Source: Candidatus Eiseniibacteriota bacterium (GTDB lineage: Bacteria > Eisenbacteria > RBG-16-71-46 > JABDJR01). Taken from it: a stretch of 64,000 nt of DNA. Of this stretch, positions 27,794 through 37,981 are shown in pieces. Location of the stretch: positions 640,001 through 704,000 of the forward strand of contig CAVXKA010000002.1 of the NCBI GenBank assembly GCA_963762255.1, given 5' to 3'. The notes under the pieces were generated by a model. The model worked only from the letters and a program-made list of their open reading frames with translations. It searched no databases and was not told the DNA's origin. The first letter of the stretch is position 1, and every line of letters starts with the position of its first letter. The translations under genes were made by a program, and so were the position numbers.

Positions 27794-30700
27794 ATGCACA
27801 GGCTCCCTACTCTCCTCACAGGTCCCAGACGCCCTTTCACATGCCAGGCAGCAAGGGGCATGTTGGCTCTCTCCTTGGTTCTTTCCAGCCTGCTTTCAGC
27901 TCCGGCCGCTGCCGTCGAGACCAGGCTGCTCAGGCTGCACAGCGACCCGGGGGACTGGATCGGCAAGGGAGCGGATCTCCACTTCACTGGCGCTGACGGG
28001 GCGTTCTCGCTGACAGGTACTCCCAGTGCCATCGTCGTCATCGTCAATACCCTGGAGGCGCACTGGCGCCTGGAGTTCGGCGCGCCCGCCGGAACGACGC
28101 TCGCTCCCGGACTCTATGAGAAAGCCAGGCGATGGCCATTCAATGATGGGGCCCCCGGGATCTCGATCGATGGCAATGAGGGGGGCTGCAACGAAATCCT
28201 CGGACGGTTCACGATCAAGGAGATTGAGTTCAGCGGCGCTCGGCCAACCAGGTTTTGGGCTGTGTTCGAGCAACATTGCGAGAACGGCACCGACGCTCTT
28301 TGGGGCGAGATTCGATTTGACGCAAGAGTCCTCGTGGACATAGACGTCCCGGTTCGCGCATTTGCTCCAACGTTGAAATCGTTGACCATTCCCGTCTCAG
28401 CAGAAGCGCTCGAAGGCGGTGATGTCGCATTGAGCGCCACTGGCTTGCCCGGTGGCTCCACATTCACCGATCATGGTGACGGATCAGGGACTTTTACTTG
28501 GACTCCGGATCGCAAGCAGGTTGGTCGCCACATTGTGACGTTCTCAGGGCGGTCGGGCCCTTACCAAGGCAGCGCAACGACCACGCTTCTGGCCACGGGC
28601 GACTACCTGCTCTCCATCAACAGCGACCCCGACCACGCAGTAGGACAGGGAGACACTCTCCTCTTCACCCCTGATGACGGCTGGTTCCTGGACAGGTACT
28701 CAACGAGCGCGTGGGTCCAAACAGAATTCCAGCTTCCGGATCACAGCAGCTGGAGATTCGGGTTCCATACTGATGGCACCCCGATCACCCCCCGGTTCTA
28801 CACCGACATCCGTGGAACAGACGAGGCCGGACCCGGTCTGATATTGGACGTGAGTGGCAACAGCATGGTGTGTGGAGGTGTCCGAGGGTGGCTCCAAATC
28901 AAGAAGCTGTCATTTGACTTGGACGGTCGCTTGGAGAGCCTCTGGGCAACACTGGAGCATCACTGCGCGCGTTATACCGATCCGGGGCCCGCTCTTTTCG
29001 CCGAAGTCCGGTTCAACTCCCCCACCGCGGTGGCCGTGAATCCCATCCCCACACAGACCGCGGTGATCGGACACAGACTGGAATTCCCGGTCGTCGCTAG
29101 TGATGTCCAGGGACGGTCGGTCACGCTCGCAGTGGTTGACCCGCCTCCGGGATCGTCCCTGGTCCCCGCCGGAGCGGGAATGGGTAGCTTCCAATGGACG
29201 CCGGAGTTTGACCAGGCGGGAGATCATGTTGTCTTCTTCCAGGGCAGCAACCAGGCCGGTGACCGGGACTCTTCGGGCGCACTGATTCACGTCCGCGGCG
29301 AGACCTCGCTAACCCTGAGAGAGGAAGGGGAGGACGGAATCGAGGTCTACAGGCGCCTTCCCGCGGACGGGGAGTTCGAGGTGTTGGCCAGCAATCGGGC
29401 TCGCCTACGGGTGACCTACAAGACACCCAACTACTCGGAGCATTTCTTGGTGGAACTGACCACGCCATCCGGCGTGGAAGCCTTTACTCCGGGATTCTAC
29501 GAAACCGGACCTGGATTGGCTGGGCTCAGCATGATGGGAAGGCTCAATGATCAGTCGGTGCTCTGCGAGGACTCGGGTGGAATGTCACCACAGGGCGCTT
29601 TTGAGATAAGGAGGCTGATCTGGGGTGGCGACAATCAGCCGGAACAACTTTATGTGGCGTTTTCTGCCCCCTGCAAGGAAGGGAAGTCAGTAGTCCGGGG
29701 AGAACTGCGAATCGACGCGCGGGTCCTCACGGATCTCCAAACCCCGGTCTGGAGTCGCGCCGAGGCAGGGAAACCCGTCTCCATTGAGGTGAAGGGGATA
29801 GACGCGAGAGGCCGCAGCTTGGCGCTCTCAGGCGTTCACCTACCGGAAGGAGCATGGTTCGATGACCGCGGGGACAATTCGGGGGTCGTTACGTGGGTGC
29901 CGGACCCCAGTCACATCGGGGGCAGTCAGCTTGTCTTCGGGGCACGCGCTGGAAGCGAGGATGTGACAACGAGTTCAAGCTGGGTCGAGGTTACCGGGGA
30001 GACTTGGCTCAACGTGCACAGCGAAGCCGGCGATCCCGTTGGTGAGGGCCTGGATCGCCGTATTGAGCCCCCCTCGGCGGAGTTCGACTCCTACATTCTT
30101 GCTGACAACTCGGTCCATGTTCGGGCTTTCGAAGGTGGACGCCGGTGGACTCTGCACTTCGCTGCGGGCTTTGATTCCATTCTGACGGCAGGGGAATACG
30201 AGAACGTCACACGCTGGACGGCTACCGGACCTCATGAGACTCCAGGAATCCTCATCGAGCGGACCGGGGAGACGTGTGGCGCCATCACGGGACGTTTCAC
30301 CGTTCACTCCATCAGCTATGGGTTGAATCGCACGTTGAAATCGCTGCACGCATCGTTCAGACAAACCTGTGAGGGCGCTCCCGGGGCCTTGGCCGGCGAG
30401 CTGCTGGTCAACTCATCGCCGGAGCTGATCCCGGTCCGAGTACTGAACTTCAATGCCTGCCCTGTGCATGGACAGGTCCGTCTGCAGTGGGTGACTGGCG
30501 AAGAGACAAGCGCTGTGGGATTTGATATCTGGCGGCATGTGGAGGCAGGCGACTGGGAGCAGTTGAATGTCAGTCCGATTACCGGCGGCCCCACATATGA
30601 CTATCTGGATCCCCATCCTCCGGTTGGGCAACCCATCTTCTACTTCATCGACTCCATCGACCTGTCGGGGCACCGGGAGCGACACGGGCCCGTGAACGCG

Positions 30701-30991
30701 TACGTTGAGTCAGCAAGGAACCCTGCTCTCGCGGTCGCCAACAATCCCACTCGGTCACCCACGCGAATCCGGATGGCGTTGCCGCTCCCCGGTCGTCTGC
30801 AATTGTCGGTCTTCGACGTGGCCGGCCGCCGGGTTCGGCTTCTCATGGATGAGCAAGTTCCGGCAGGGTGGCACGAGATCGAATGGGACTTGCGCAACGA
30901 CCGCGGACAGACTGTGCCTGCCGGAGTCTATTCCCTCCGCCTCGCGACTCCCCTGGGCCTCCGGAAGGAAAGACTGGTCGTTCTACGGTGA
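27794..30991 (+). CDS. Large secreted repeat protein (4 Cys-paired domains, 3 Ig-like spacers, FlgD-Ig tail)
   Basis: Repeated S.PGD.IG.G...C...G.F.I....F.Q.CE..L.GE.R units; LP.G..F.D.GD.SG...W.P spacers; L.VFDVAGRRVR.L..GWH..WD..GVY tail; GGAGG RBS. Confidence 0.85.
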   Translation: MHRLPTLLTGPRRPFTCQAARGMLALSLVLSSLLSAPAAAVETRLLRLHSDPGDWIGKGADLHFTGADGAFSLTGTPSAIVVIVNTLEAHWRLEFGAPAGTTLAPGLYEKARRWPFNDGAPGISIDGNEGGCNEILGRFTIKEIEFSGARPTRFWAVFEQHCENGTDALWGEIRFDARVLVDIDVPVRAFAPTLKSLTIPVSAEALEGGDVALSATGLPGGSTFTDHGDGSGTFTWTPDRKQVGRHIVTFSGRSGPYQGSATTTLLATGDYLLSINSDPDHAVGQGDTLLFTPDDGWFLDRYSTSAWVQTEFQLPDHSSWRFGFHTDGTPITPRFYTDIRGTDEAGPGLILDVSGNSMVCGGVRGWLQIKKLSFDLDGRLESLWATLEHHCARYTDPGPALFAEVRFNSPTAVAVNPIPTQTAVIGHRLEFPVVASDVQGRSVTLAVVDPPPGSSLVPAGAGMGSFQWTPEFDQAGDHVVFFQGSNQAGDRDSSGALIHVRGETSLTLREEGEDGIEVYRRLPADGEFEVLASNRARLRVTYKTPNYSEHFLVELTTPSGVEAFTPGFYETGPGLAGLSMMGRLNDQSVLCEDSGGMSPQGAFEIRRLIWGGDNQPEQLYVAFSAPCKEGKSVVRGELRIDARVLTDLQTPVWSRAEAGKPVSIEVKGIDARGRSLALSGVHLPEGAWFDDRGDNSGVVTWVPDPSHIGGSQLVFGARAGSEDVTTSSSWVEVTGETWLNVHSEAGDPVGEGLDRRIEPPSAEFDSYILADNSVHVRAFEGGRRWTLHFAAGFDSILTAGEYENVTRWTATGPHETPGILIERTGETCGAITGRFTVHSISYGLNRTLKSLHASFRQTCEGAPGALAGELLVNSSPELIPVRVLNFNACPVHGQVRLQWVTGEETSAVGFDIWRHVEAGDWEQLNVSPITGGPTYDYLDPHPPVGQPIFYFIDSIDLSGHRERHGPVNAYVESARNPALAVANNPTRSPTRIRMALPLPGRLQLSVFDVAGRRVRLLMDEQVPAGWHEIEWDLRNDRGQTVPAGVYSLRLATPLGLRKERLVVLR

Positions 30992-31052
30992 GGCGGTCCG
31001 CCCCGCTGCGGCGATTCTGCGGCGCCGGCTCACCCGTCTGGCGCTTCGAGTC

Positions 31053-31100
31053 TGGTGCCGGGGGCCGGAGCCGAGTTCCCGAAGGGAACGAGACCCCGGC
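31053..31100 (-). repeat. Mini-tRNA-like duplicate of tRNA-Leu termini
   Basis: GCCGGGG...CCCCGGC-ACCA; 18-bp direct repeat 31052-31069 = 31138-31155. Confidence 0.7.
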
Positions 31101-31138
31101 CGCCTTGGAATCGTAGTGCTGCGCATGCAGCACGCAGC

Positions 31139-31227
31139 TGGTGCCGGGGGCCGGAATCGAACCGGCACGGACGTTGCCGCCCTGCGGATTTTAAGTCCGC
31201 TGCGTCTCCCAGTTTCGCCACCCCGGC
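31139..31227 (-). tRNA. tRNA-Leu(UAA)
   Basis: GCCGGGG acceptor stem, anticodon arm GCGGA-CT-TAA-AA-TCCGC, long variable arm, GGTTCGATTCC T-arm, encoded CCA. Confidence 0.96.
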
Positions 31228-31270
31228 ATCGGGACGAGCACGTTAGGGTAGCGGCTTTCCGGTCCGGCTG

Positions 31271-34200
31271 TCACCGGATGAGAAGCACCTTCCCCGCCAG
31301 CGTCCGGTCTCCCGCGGATAAGCGGAGAAAGTAGATCCCGGTCGCCATCGGCACCCCCATGTCGCTCCTACCATCCCACGCCACTTGATGACGGCCCGCC
31401 GGATGGGCGTCCGCGCTCACCAGCGTCCGCGCGAGCCGTCCGGTCACGTCGTAAACGGCGAGCCGGACCGGGAGCACCTGCGGCAGGTCGAAGCGGATCA
31501 CCGGGCTCGAACCTGCGGGTGCGGTTGGATGAAGCGCGAGCGCGCTCGGTAGGTCTTCCCGGCCGTCCTCCCCCGGCACCCCGGTGACTTCCTCATGAAT
31601 CGTATGGAGCTGGTTTACCTGCACCGGTGAGAGGAACTGCATCGTGCCGTCCGGCCAGCGAATCTGAAGGAGATCCACCTGAGCCGCGCTGCCGAGACCG
31701 AAGTGGGTGATATAGGAGCAGTTTCCCGACTCCCCCACCACCTCCCGCATCTGGGTCTTTCCTCCCGCGGTGACCCATATCCGGGCGCCCACTCCGAAGC
31801 GGTTGAAGTGGACACCGTCGAGTCGGATCTTGATCCAGTTGTTCCCACCACAACCGGGATCCGCATGAAGGTTGTAGAGGTACCGATTCTCCGTGCTTCC
31901 TCCGAACCCTGAGATCACGAACTCGATGTCCCCGTCAGGATCGATATCGCCGGCCGTCACGCCCCAGTGAGAGCCGCTCCCCGCGGCGGTGGAACCGAGT
32001 GCGTTCTCGAACACACCGCCGCCACGGTTGCGAAGCAGGCGATTGGGACCCGCTCCATAATCGGGCAGGAAGATGTCGATGTCGCCGTCGTTGTCGTAGT
32101 CCGCGCAGGCCATCCCCATGCTCTGGGTCGAATCGGCGAAGGCCAGCGGTGTCGCGTCGGTGAAGTTCCCTCCACCGTCGTTGCGCAGGAGATAATCGTC
32201 CCCCTCGGCGACGATCAGAAGGTCCAGGTCCAGATCGTTGTCGTAGTCGATCCATGTCGCCGCCGCGTAGCCGTCATAGGTGGTGCCGAGCGGGCCGGTC
32301 GTCACGTCCACGAAGGTGCCCGCGTCGTTGCGCAAGAGTTGGCTGACGGACCCTCCCCCCGGCGATTTGGCCACGTAGAGATCGGGGTCACCATCGTCGT
32401 CGAAGTCCCCCCATGCCCCAGCCCGCCCTTCTCCAAACTGTAGGGCGGCAGGGGTCCTGTCGGTGAAGTACCCGTCGCGCGAGTTGTGGAAGAGCTTGTC
32501 GCCGCCCCCGTTCGCAAGGAAGAGATCCAGGAATCCGTCCCGGTCGTAGTCGGCCCACGAGGCCCTCTGGCCGCTCACAGGGTCGTTCAGCGGCGGGAGC
32601 GTCGCATCGACGAAGGTTCCGTTGTCGTTCCGATAGAGCGCGTTGGTCCCGATGTTGACGACCGCGTAGATGTCGAGATCCCCGTCGTTGTCGTAGTCCC
32701 CCCAGACCGCATCGAGATCGTACCCGGGGTGGTCGAACGGCGACGGCACCACCTCCACGAGCGTGACCCCATTGTTGTGGAAGAGCTTGTCGGGACCGCC
32801 CGGGACCACGGCGTACAGGTCGAGGTTGCCGTCCCCGTCGTAATCCGCGATCGCGACGCCGGTGGCGCTGAACGGACCCGCCAGCGCCGGCGGGGTTTGA
32901 TTAACGAACTGCTCGAACACCGCGAGTTGGTAGCTTCCGCTCTGCCCGTCGTCGTTGGCGGCGACAAGACCGTGATAGGCGCTCGCCGTGGGAATGAAGT
33001 GGGTGCATCCCCCATCGGAGTCGACGAGCGCGTCGAGGCGCGATTGCCAGAGACCGGCATCCGGACTCAGAACGACCGCCTTCACGTCCGCGCCGTACCG
33101 CTGCAAGTGGACCTGATAGTCGACGTTGGCCTTCGGGAGGAAATCCCAGATCTCGAGCACGTCGTCCGAGCTGGTGCTGCGCGACACCCACGAGGCGAGG
33201 GGCAGTACATTCCCCCCGTCATCCCATTCCGTCCTGGCGTCCCCCGGTCCGGACTCCCTGGAAACCGCGGCGTAGTACGTGCCCAACGGGCCATACCCCC
33301 GATTGAAGTTCCCGGCCGCGAAATCCACGAATCCGGCCGGATGAGAAGTCTGCGCCAGAAGCTCACCGAAACAGACCGGCCACCAGGATCCAGTCGGGGT
33401 CCCGTAGCTCGCAACGTTCCAGTTCGTCTCGGGCCCGTCGGCGCGGACCCCCACCGCAGACCAGTATTCCTCGGTCTGCTGCATGCTGTAGTGCGCGTTC
33501 ACAGCCGGCGTCACGACGCTCGTCCCGCTCACGAGAGGTGTCGCGGAGGGACAGGCGCCTACTTCCACCGTGTACGTCCCGGACTCCCCATTGTCATTGA
33601 CCACAACCAGGCCGTACCAGTCCGAGACGCCTGGCATATAACTCACGCCGAAGTTGGACGTCGCATAGCACACCGCGCTCGCTCTGGCCGCGTAGTACTC
33701 ACCCGAGCCCGGACTCTTGAAGACGAGGATCTGCAGTTGGGCGGCCCCGATCGACTTCAGCAGGACGTGGTAGTCCTTACTTGCTTCCAGGTACACGTCC
33801 CAGATCTCGAGGATGTCCTCGGGTCCGGTCGTCCGCTCCAGAGGTGGGGCGTTCACCGTGATCGTTTCCGCGCCCGAGTCCCACTCGATGAGTCCGTTCT
33901 CCGTGCCGTAGTAGTGGGAGTAGGCGACGATGTCCTCACCGAGCGCATTGTGATTGAAGTCGCCAACTACGAAATCCACGCCTGAGGATCGATTGGAATA
34001 GGTCAGTAAGGTCTCGACACAGGGGGGAGGGAGCGCCCCCTCATCCGCGTAGAGCTGGATATCCCAGTCCTCCCCCGGCGCCGATCGAATGCCCACCGCC
34101 GACCAGAAGCCGACCGACTGCTGATAGGAATGGTAGTACTCGTCCGGGGGGCTCGACGGATACGCGGTGGCGCTCACTCCGGAAGCGAGAGGCGTGAACC

Positions 34201-34348
34201 AGCAGTTGATGAGGTCGAGCGGGCCCGCCGAAGAAGTGGTGGCGGTCCGAGTCCCCGCGTCGGCTGGCTTGGACGCCTCCGGAGAAGAGACGGTGAGGCT
34301 GGCGAGGGCAAGACCTATCAATCCGACGCCGATCAGGCAAGAGCGCAT
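31271..34348 (-). CDS. Secreted FG-GAP/VCBS beta-propeller plus ASPIC/UnbV protein with duplicated N-terminal module and FlgD-Ig tail
   Basis: Repeated (W/A)xDYDNDGDLD units; N..GVGARI.V.AGG..Q.REV..HFGLG..IRWPDG; VYDVTGRL..WDG..GIYF tail. Confidence 0.88.
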   Translation of the reverse strand: MRSCLIGVGLIGLALASLTVSSPEASKPADAGTRTATTSSAGPLDLINCWFTPLASGVSATAYPSSPPDEYYHSYQQSVGFWSAVGIRSAPGEDWDIQLYADEGALPPPCVETLLTYSNRSSGVDFVVGDFNHNALGEDIVAYSHYYGTENGLIEWDSGAETITVNAPPLERTTGPEDILEIWDVYLEASKDYHVLLKSIGAAQLQILVFKSPGSGEYYAARASAVCYATSNFGVSYMPGVSDWYGLVVVNDNGESGTYTVEVGACPSATPLVSGTSVVTPAVNAHYSMQQTEEYWSAVGVRADGPETNWNVASYGTPTGSWWPVCFGELLAQTSHPAGFVDFAAGNFNRGYGPLGTYYAAVSRESGPGDARTEWDDGGNVLPLASWVSRSTSSDDVLEIWDFLPKANVDYQVHLQRYGADVKAVVLSPDAGLWQSRLDALVDSDGGCTHFIPTASAYHGLVAANDDGQSGSYQLAVFEQFVNQTPPALAGPFSATGVAIADYDGDGNLDLYAVVPGGPDKLFHNNGVTLVEVVPSPFDHPGYDLDAVWGDYDNDGDLDIYAVVNIGTNALYRNDNGTFVDATLPPLNDPVSGQRASWADYDRDGFLDLFLANGGGDKLFHNSRDGYFTDRTPAALQFGEGRAGAWGDFDDDGDPDLYVAKSPGGGSVSQLLRNDAGTFVDVTTGPLGTTYDGYAAATWIDYDNDLDLDLLIVAEGDDYLLRNDGGGNFTDATPLAFADSTQSMGMACADYDNDGDIDIFLPDYGAGPNRLLRNRGGGVFENALGSTAAGSGSHWGVTAGDIDPDGDIEFVISGFGGSTENRYLYNLHADPGCGGNNWIKIRLDGVHFNRFGVGARIWVTAGGKTQMREVVGESGNCSYITHFGLGSAAQVDLLQIRWPDGTMQFLSPVQVNQLHTIHEEVTGVPGEDGREDLPSALALHPTAPAGSSPVIRFDLPQVLPVRLAVYDVTGRLARTLVSADAHPAGRHQVAWDGRSDMGVPMATGIYFLRLSAGDRTLAGKVLLIR

Positions 34349-34463
34349 GTTCACCTCCGAGGACGTGACAACGCCGGTACTCGATAATGATGACAATTCT
34401 TATTCTATTTGCTGGTCGAATTATTGTAGCAGAATCCAGGAAGCCGCGTCGGATCAGGCGAAG

Positions 34464-35249
34464 CTAGGCCCCGCCCTCGGTCCGCCACGCTTCCGGCAGC
34501 AGCGCCGCCGCCGAGCGATCGAGCAGCCAGAGCGTGGACTTGAGCGACACCATGCGCGCGGGATGGTGCGGCGAGGCCTCGGGGGCCTGGAGCGCATCCC
34601 GCACTGCCTCGGCCTTGTCGGCGCCGGAAACCAGAAACATCGTGCACCGCGTGGAGCACAGCGCGGCGGGAGTCAAGGACACGCGCGGCTGACCGCTCGG
34701 GTGCGCGGTGGCCACCGCAAGCCGGACACCGAAGTCGGGCCACTCGTCCGCGGGGAAGAGCGAGGCGACGTGCCCGTCGCTGCCCAAGCCCAACACGACG
34801 AGATCGAAGAGCGGCACGCGCTGCGCCCACACGAGAAGCATCTTGTGCGTCTTCTCCGCCGCTTTCTCGGGGGAATACTCGCCGGGGATGCGGATCAGGC
34901 GGTCGGTGGGCACGCCGAGCGGCGCGAACAGCGCCTCGTTGGCCATACGAAAATTGGATTCCTCGTCGGTCACCGGAACACAGCGTTCATCGGTAAGCAC
35001 GAAGCGCACGCGCCGCCACGGCACGCGACTGCGCAGCGTGGGCGCCGAGAGGCGTTCATATACGGGGAACGGCGTGCGTCCACCTGCCAGGGCCACACGG
35101 GGACCGCTCGGCGACTCCCCCAACCGCGCGGTGAAGTAATCGGCCGCGGCGTCCATGAGCCCCGTCTTGTCGTCGTAGATTCTCAGGCGATGCCCCTCGG
35201 GCAGCGTGTCGCTCACCGCATCATCCCCCGCTCCGAGCCGTGCCGTCAT
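34464..35249 (-). CDS. pgl: 6-phosphogluconolactonase
   Basis: ALAGGRTP, DERCVP..ESNF, LGLGSDGHVASLFP, RVSLT, VSGADKA. Confidence 0.92.
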   Translation of the reverse strand: MTARLGAGDDAVSDTLPEGHRLRIYDDKTGLMDAAADYFTARLGESPSGPRVALAGGRTPFPVYERLSAPTLRSRVPWRRVRFVLTDERCVPVTDEESNFRMANEALFAPLGVPTDRLIRIPGEYSPEKAAEKTHKMLLVWAQRVPLFDLVVLGLGSDGHVASLFPADEWPDFGVRLAVATAHPSGQPRVSLTPAALCSTRCTMFLVSGADKAEAVRDALQAPEASPHHPARMVSLKSTLWLLDRSAAALLPEAWRTEGGA

Positions 35250-36392
35250 CACGGCCTTTCCAGTGCGCCCAGGCGCCGGGCCAGATCCATGGCCTCGCGT
35301 GCCGCGCGCGACATCTCGCGCCGGCGTATCTCCTCCACCACCGCGCTTGCCCGGCTCGTCTTGGTCTGGTTGAGCCGGGCGGCCGGTGCACCTCCCTCCT
35401 CGATGAGGATGGCTCCCTCGGCAGGGAGGCGCCTCCAGCATACAGAAACCGAAGGCTCCGCGAAGTCCATCGTGACGGCAAGGAGCGTGGACCCCCCTGC
35501 CGGGACGGACGCCGCGACAATGCGGACGGCGATCGGGCCGGCCAGACCGACGAACGAAGCGCCTGTTTCGGCGGCGCGCGCCCTGTCGAGGACGCGCCAG
35601 CCAAGACGCGAGGCAAGCCAACCGAGGAAGAGCCATGCCTTGAGCCGGCCTCCCGAGCCCTCGGCGACTGTCACGCTCACCGCGCGGATTGCGTCCAGAT
35701 TCTGCGCGCGCACCCCGTCGAAGCGGGAAGCCACCGCGCGCCGCCAATCGCCGAGTTCCGTCCAGAGAAGATCCCGGCAGGGCGGCGTCACGGTGTCCGG
35801 CGCCAGGCAGCGATCCCACAGCGCGAGCCCCTCGGCGATCCCGAGGTGGGACGCGTTGCCCAATAGAAGGTCGAGGTCGGACGAGAGCTCGCGCACCCAT
35901 CCCAGTGCCAGCGGCGACGTGCGTTCCGAGAGCGCGACCAACGGCACCCCGCCCACCGCGAGCGCACGCACTCCAGCCGCGATCACGCGATCCGCTCCGG
36001 TCGGCGCTTCCAGGTGAACGCTTTCGCAGCACACGAGCGACGCGCCGCTGGCGTAGCGCGAGCAGGTCGCGCTCACCCACGCCTGCGACCGTGTGTGCGC
36101 TGCGTCTGTCTCGACAAGCGATCACCCGCGAGGGATGTAGGCGCGCGATGTCGTCGACGAGATCCTGCATCCCGTCGTCTCCTGCGGCGGGTGCGACCAG
36201 CGTTGCCCGGCAGGCGCGCGCCACCGAGCGCCCCGTCTCACCCTCGCCGACCGCCGCTTCCGACTCCCAGAGCGCGGCGAGATCGCGCTCCACCGCGGCC
36301 GCGTCGAATCCGACCGGCGCGCTGCGGCCTAGCTGGACGACGTCTTCGTGTCCGGCCCGTGGCGCCGACGGCGCAGCGTCCGGCGCGTTCAT
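35249..36392 (-). CDS. opcA: G6PD assembly protein OpcA; +1 frameshift near 36120
   Basis: VERDLAALW, RAC..TLV, HPSRVI then shifted frame AWVSATC..VCCE.V.L, DLLWTEL..WR, WLFLGWLASRLGW; lies between zwf and pgl. Confidence 0.8.
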
Positions 36393-37981
36393 CAGAGCCG
36401 CAACCACCGGCGGCCATCCGCTTCGAGCAGACGGTCCGCCTCGGCGGGACCCCACGTCCCCGCCTCGTAGAACGCGGGTTCCGGAGCGTTGCGTTCAGCG
36501 CCCCACGCTTCCGCGATCGGATCGACGAGGGACCACGCGAGCTCGACTTCGTCGCGGCGCGCGAACAGCGTCGAGTCGCCGGTGATCGCGTCCAGAAGAA
36601 GGCGCTCGTACGCCTCGGGGGGTTCCTTGCCGAACGAAGTGGAGTAGTTGAAGTCCATCCGCACTTCGTCGATGCGCATCGCTTGCGCCGGAGCCTTCGA
36701 CTCGAAGGAGAGCGAGATCCCCTCGTCGGGCTGGATGCGCAGGCGCAGCACGTTGGACCTCGGCCGCTCGGCGCCGCTCCCACGAAAGAGTTCGTAGGGC
36801 GGCTTCTTGAAGACGATGCCGATCTCTGTGGCGCGCTTGGGGAGCCGCTTGCCGGAACGCAGGTAGAACGGCGTTCCCGCCCACCGCCAGTTCGCCGCTT
36901 CGAGCTTGAGCGCGAGGTAGGTGTCCGTCCGCGAGCCGGTCGCCACGCCCGGTTCCTCGCGATAGCCGGGCACGCTCTCGCCGCCGGCGAGCCCCGCTCC
37001 GTACTGCCCGCGCACCACGCGGCGCGCGATCTCGTCCGGCGCGAAGGGCACGATGGAACGGAGCACCTTGGCCTTCTCGTCGCGCACCGACTTGGCGTCG
37101 AAGCGGACCGGCGGCTCCATGCAGACGAGCATCATGAGCTGGAGCAGGTGGTTCTGCAGCATGTCGCGCAGCACGCCCGCCTCCTCGTAGTAGCCCGCGC
37201 GCCCCTCCAATCCCACCGACTCGGCCACCGCGATCTGAACGTGATCGACGTAGCGACTGTTCCATAGCGGTTCGAAGATGCCGTTGTCGAGGCGGAACAC
37301 CAGGATGTTCTGCACCGTCTCCTTGCCCAGGTAATGATCAATACGAAACACCTGATCCTCATCGAACACGCCGAGCAACGTGTCGTTGAGGGCGCGCGCA
37401 GAAGCGAGATCCCGCCCAAACGGCTTCTCGACGACGATGCGCGACGCGCCCGCCTGGCCGGGGGCCCGCACGAGCCCGGCCCGGCCCAGATTCTGGATGA
37501 TCGTGGGATACGCGCTGGGCGGAGTGGCGAGATAGAAGAGATGCACGCCGGGATGGCCGCGCTCGGCGTCGATCGCGCGCAGCCGCTCTCCCAGCTTGCG
37601 GTAGGTCGCCTCGTCCTGGAACTCGCCGCAGACGTAGCTCAGGTCCCCGCAGAGCTGCGTCCACACTGCGTTGTCCACCGGACGACGGCGCGAGAAGCGG
37701 TCCACTCCCTCTCGCATTTCGGTGTGGAACTTCTCATCGGTCCAGTCACGCCGCGCCACGCCCACCACGCTGGTGTCTGGATGGAGAAGGCCCTCCCAAG
37801 CCAGGTTGTAAATCGCGGGGAGGAGCTTGCGGTGGGTGAGATCGCCGGTGGCGCCGAACATGACGAGCGTGCACGGGACCGGCTCGCGCTGCGACTCCAT
37901 CCCCACGCGAAGCGGGTTCGCACTCGCTGCGGCGGACGGCGGAGCGGCGGGATCCCCGGCGCCTCGGTCGGCCCCGCTCAA
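36392..37981 (-). CDS. zwf: Glucose-6-phosphate 1-dehydrogenase
   Basis: FGATGDL..RKL.P, EKPFG, RIDHYLGKETVQN, RDMLQNHL, YERLL; TTG start inferred from overlap with gnd stop. Confidence 0.95.
   Translation of the reverse strand: MSGADRGAGDPAAPPSAAASANPLRVGMESQREPVPCTLVMFGATGDLTHRKLLPAIYNLAWEGLLHPDTSVVGVARRDWTDEKFHTEMREGVDRFSRRRPVDNAVWTQLCGDLSYVCGEFQDEATYRKLGERLRAIDAERGHPGVHLFYLATPPSAYPTIIQNLGRAGLVRAPGQAGASRIVVEKPFGRDLASARALNDTLLGVFDEDQVFRIDHYLGKETVQNILVFRLDNGIFEPLWNSRYVDHVQIAVAESVGLEGRAGYYEEAGVLRDMLQNHLLQLMMLVCMEPPVRFDAKSVRDEKAKVLRSIVPFAPDEIARRVVRGQYGAGLAGGESVPGYREEPGVATGSRTDTYLALKLEAANWRWAGTPFYLRSGKRLPKRATEIGIVFKKPPYELFRGSGAERPRSNVLRLRIQPDEGISLSFESKAPAQAMRIDEVRMDFNYSTSFGKEPPEAYERLLLDAITGDSTLFARRDEVELAWSLVDPIAEAWGAERNAPEPAFYEAGTWGPAEADRLLEADGRRWLRL

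Noticed and set aside
23899-31138. Intact integrative element at tRNA-Leu
   Set aside because: No integrase, and the only tRNA-end repeat seen is 86 bp from the tRNA
31139-31227. bldA-type control by tRNA-Leu(UAA)
   Set aside because: The few TTA codons noticed (e.g. 7851, 16737, 49162, 61524) are in unrelated genes; needs genome-wide counts
34464-36455. 663-aa apparent OpcA-Pgl fusion in the ORF track
   Set aside because: Artefact of the opcA frameshift; pgl has its own TGATG-coupled start at 35249
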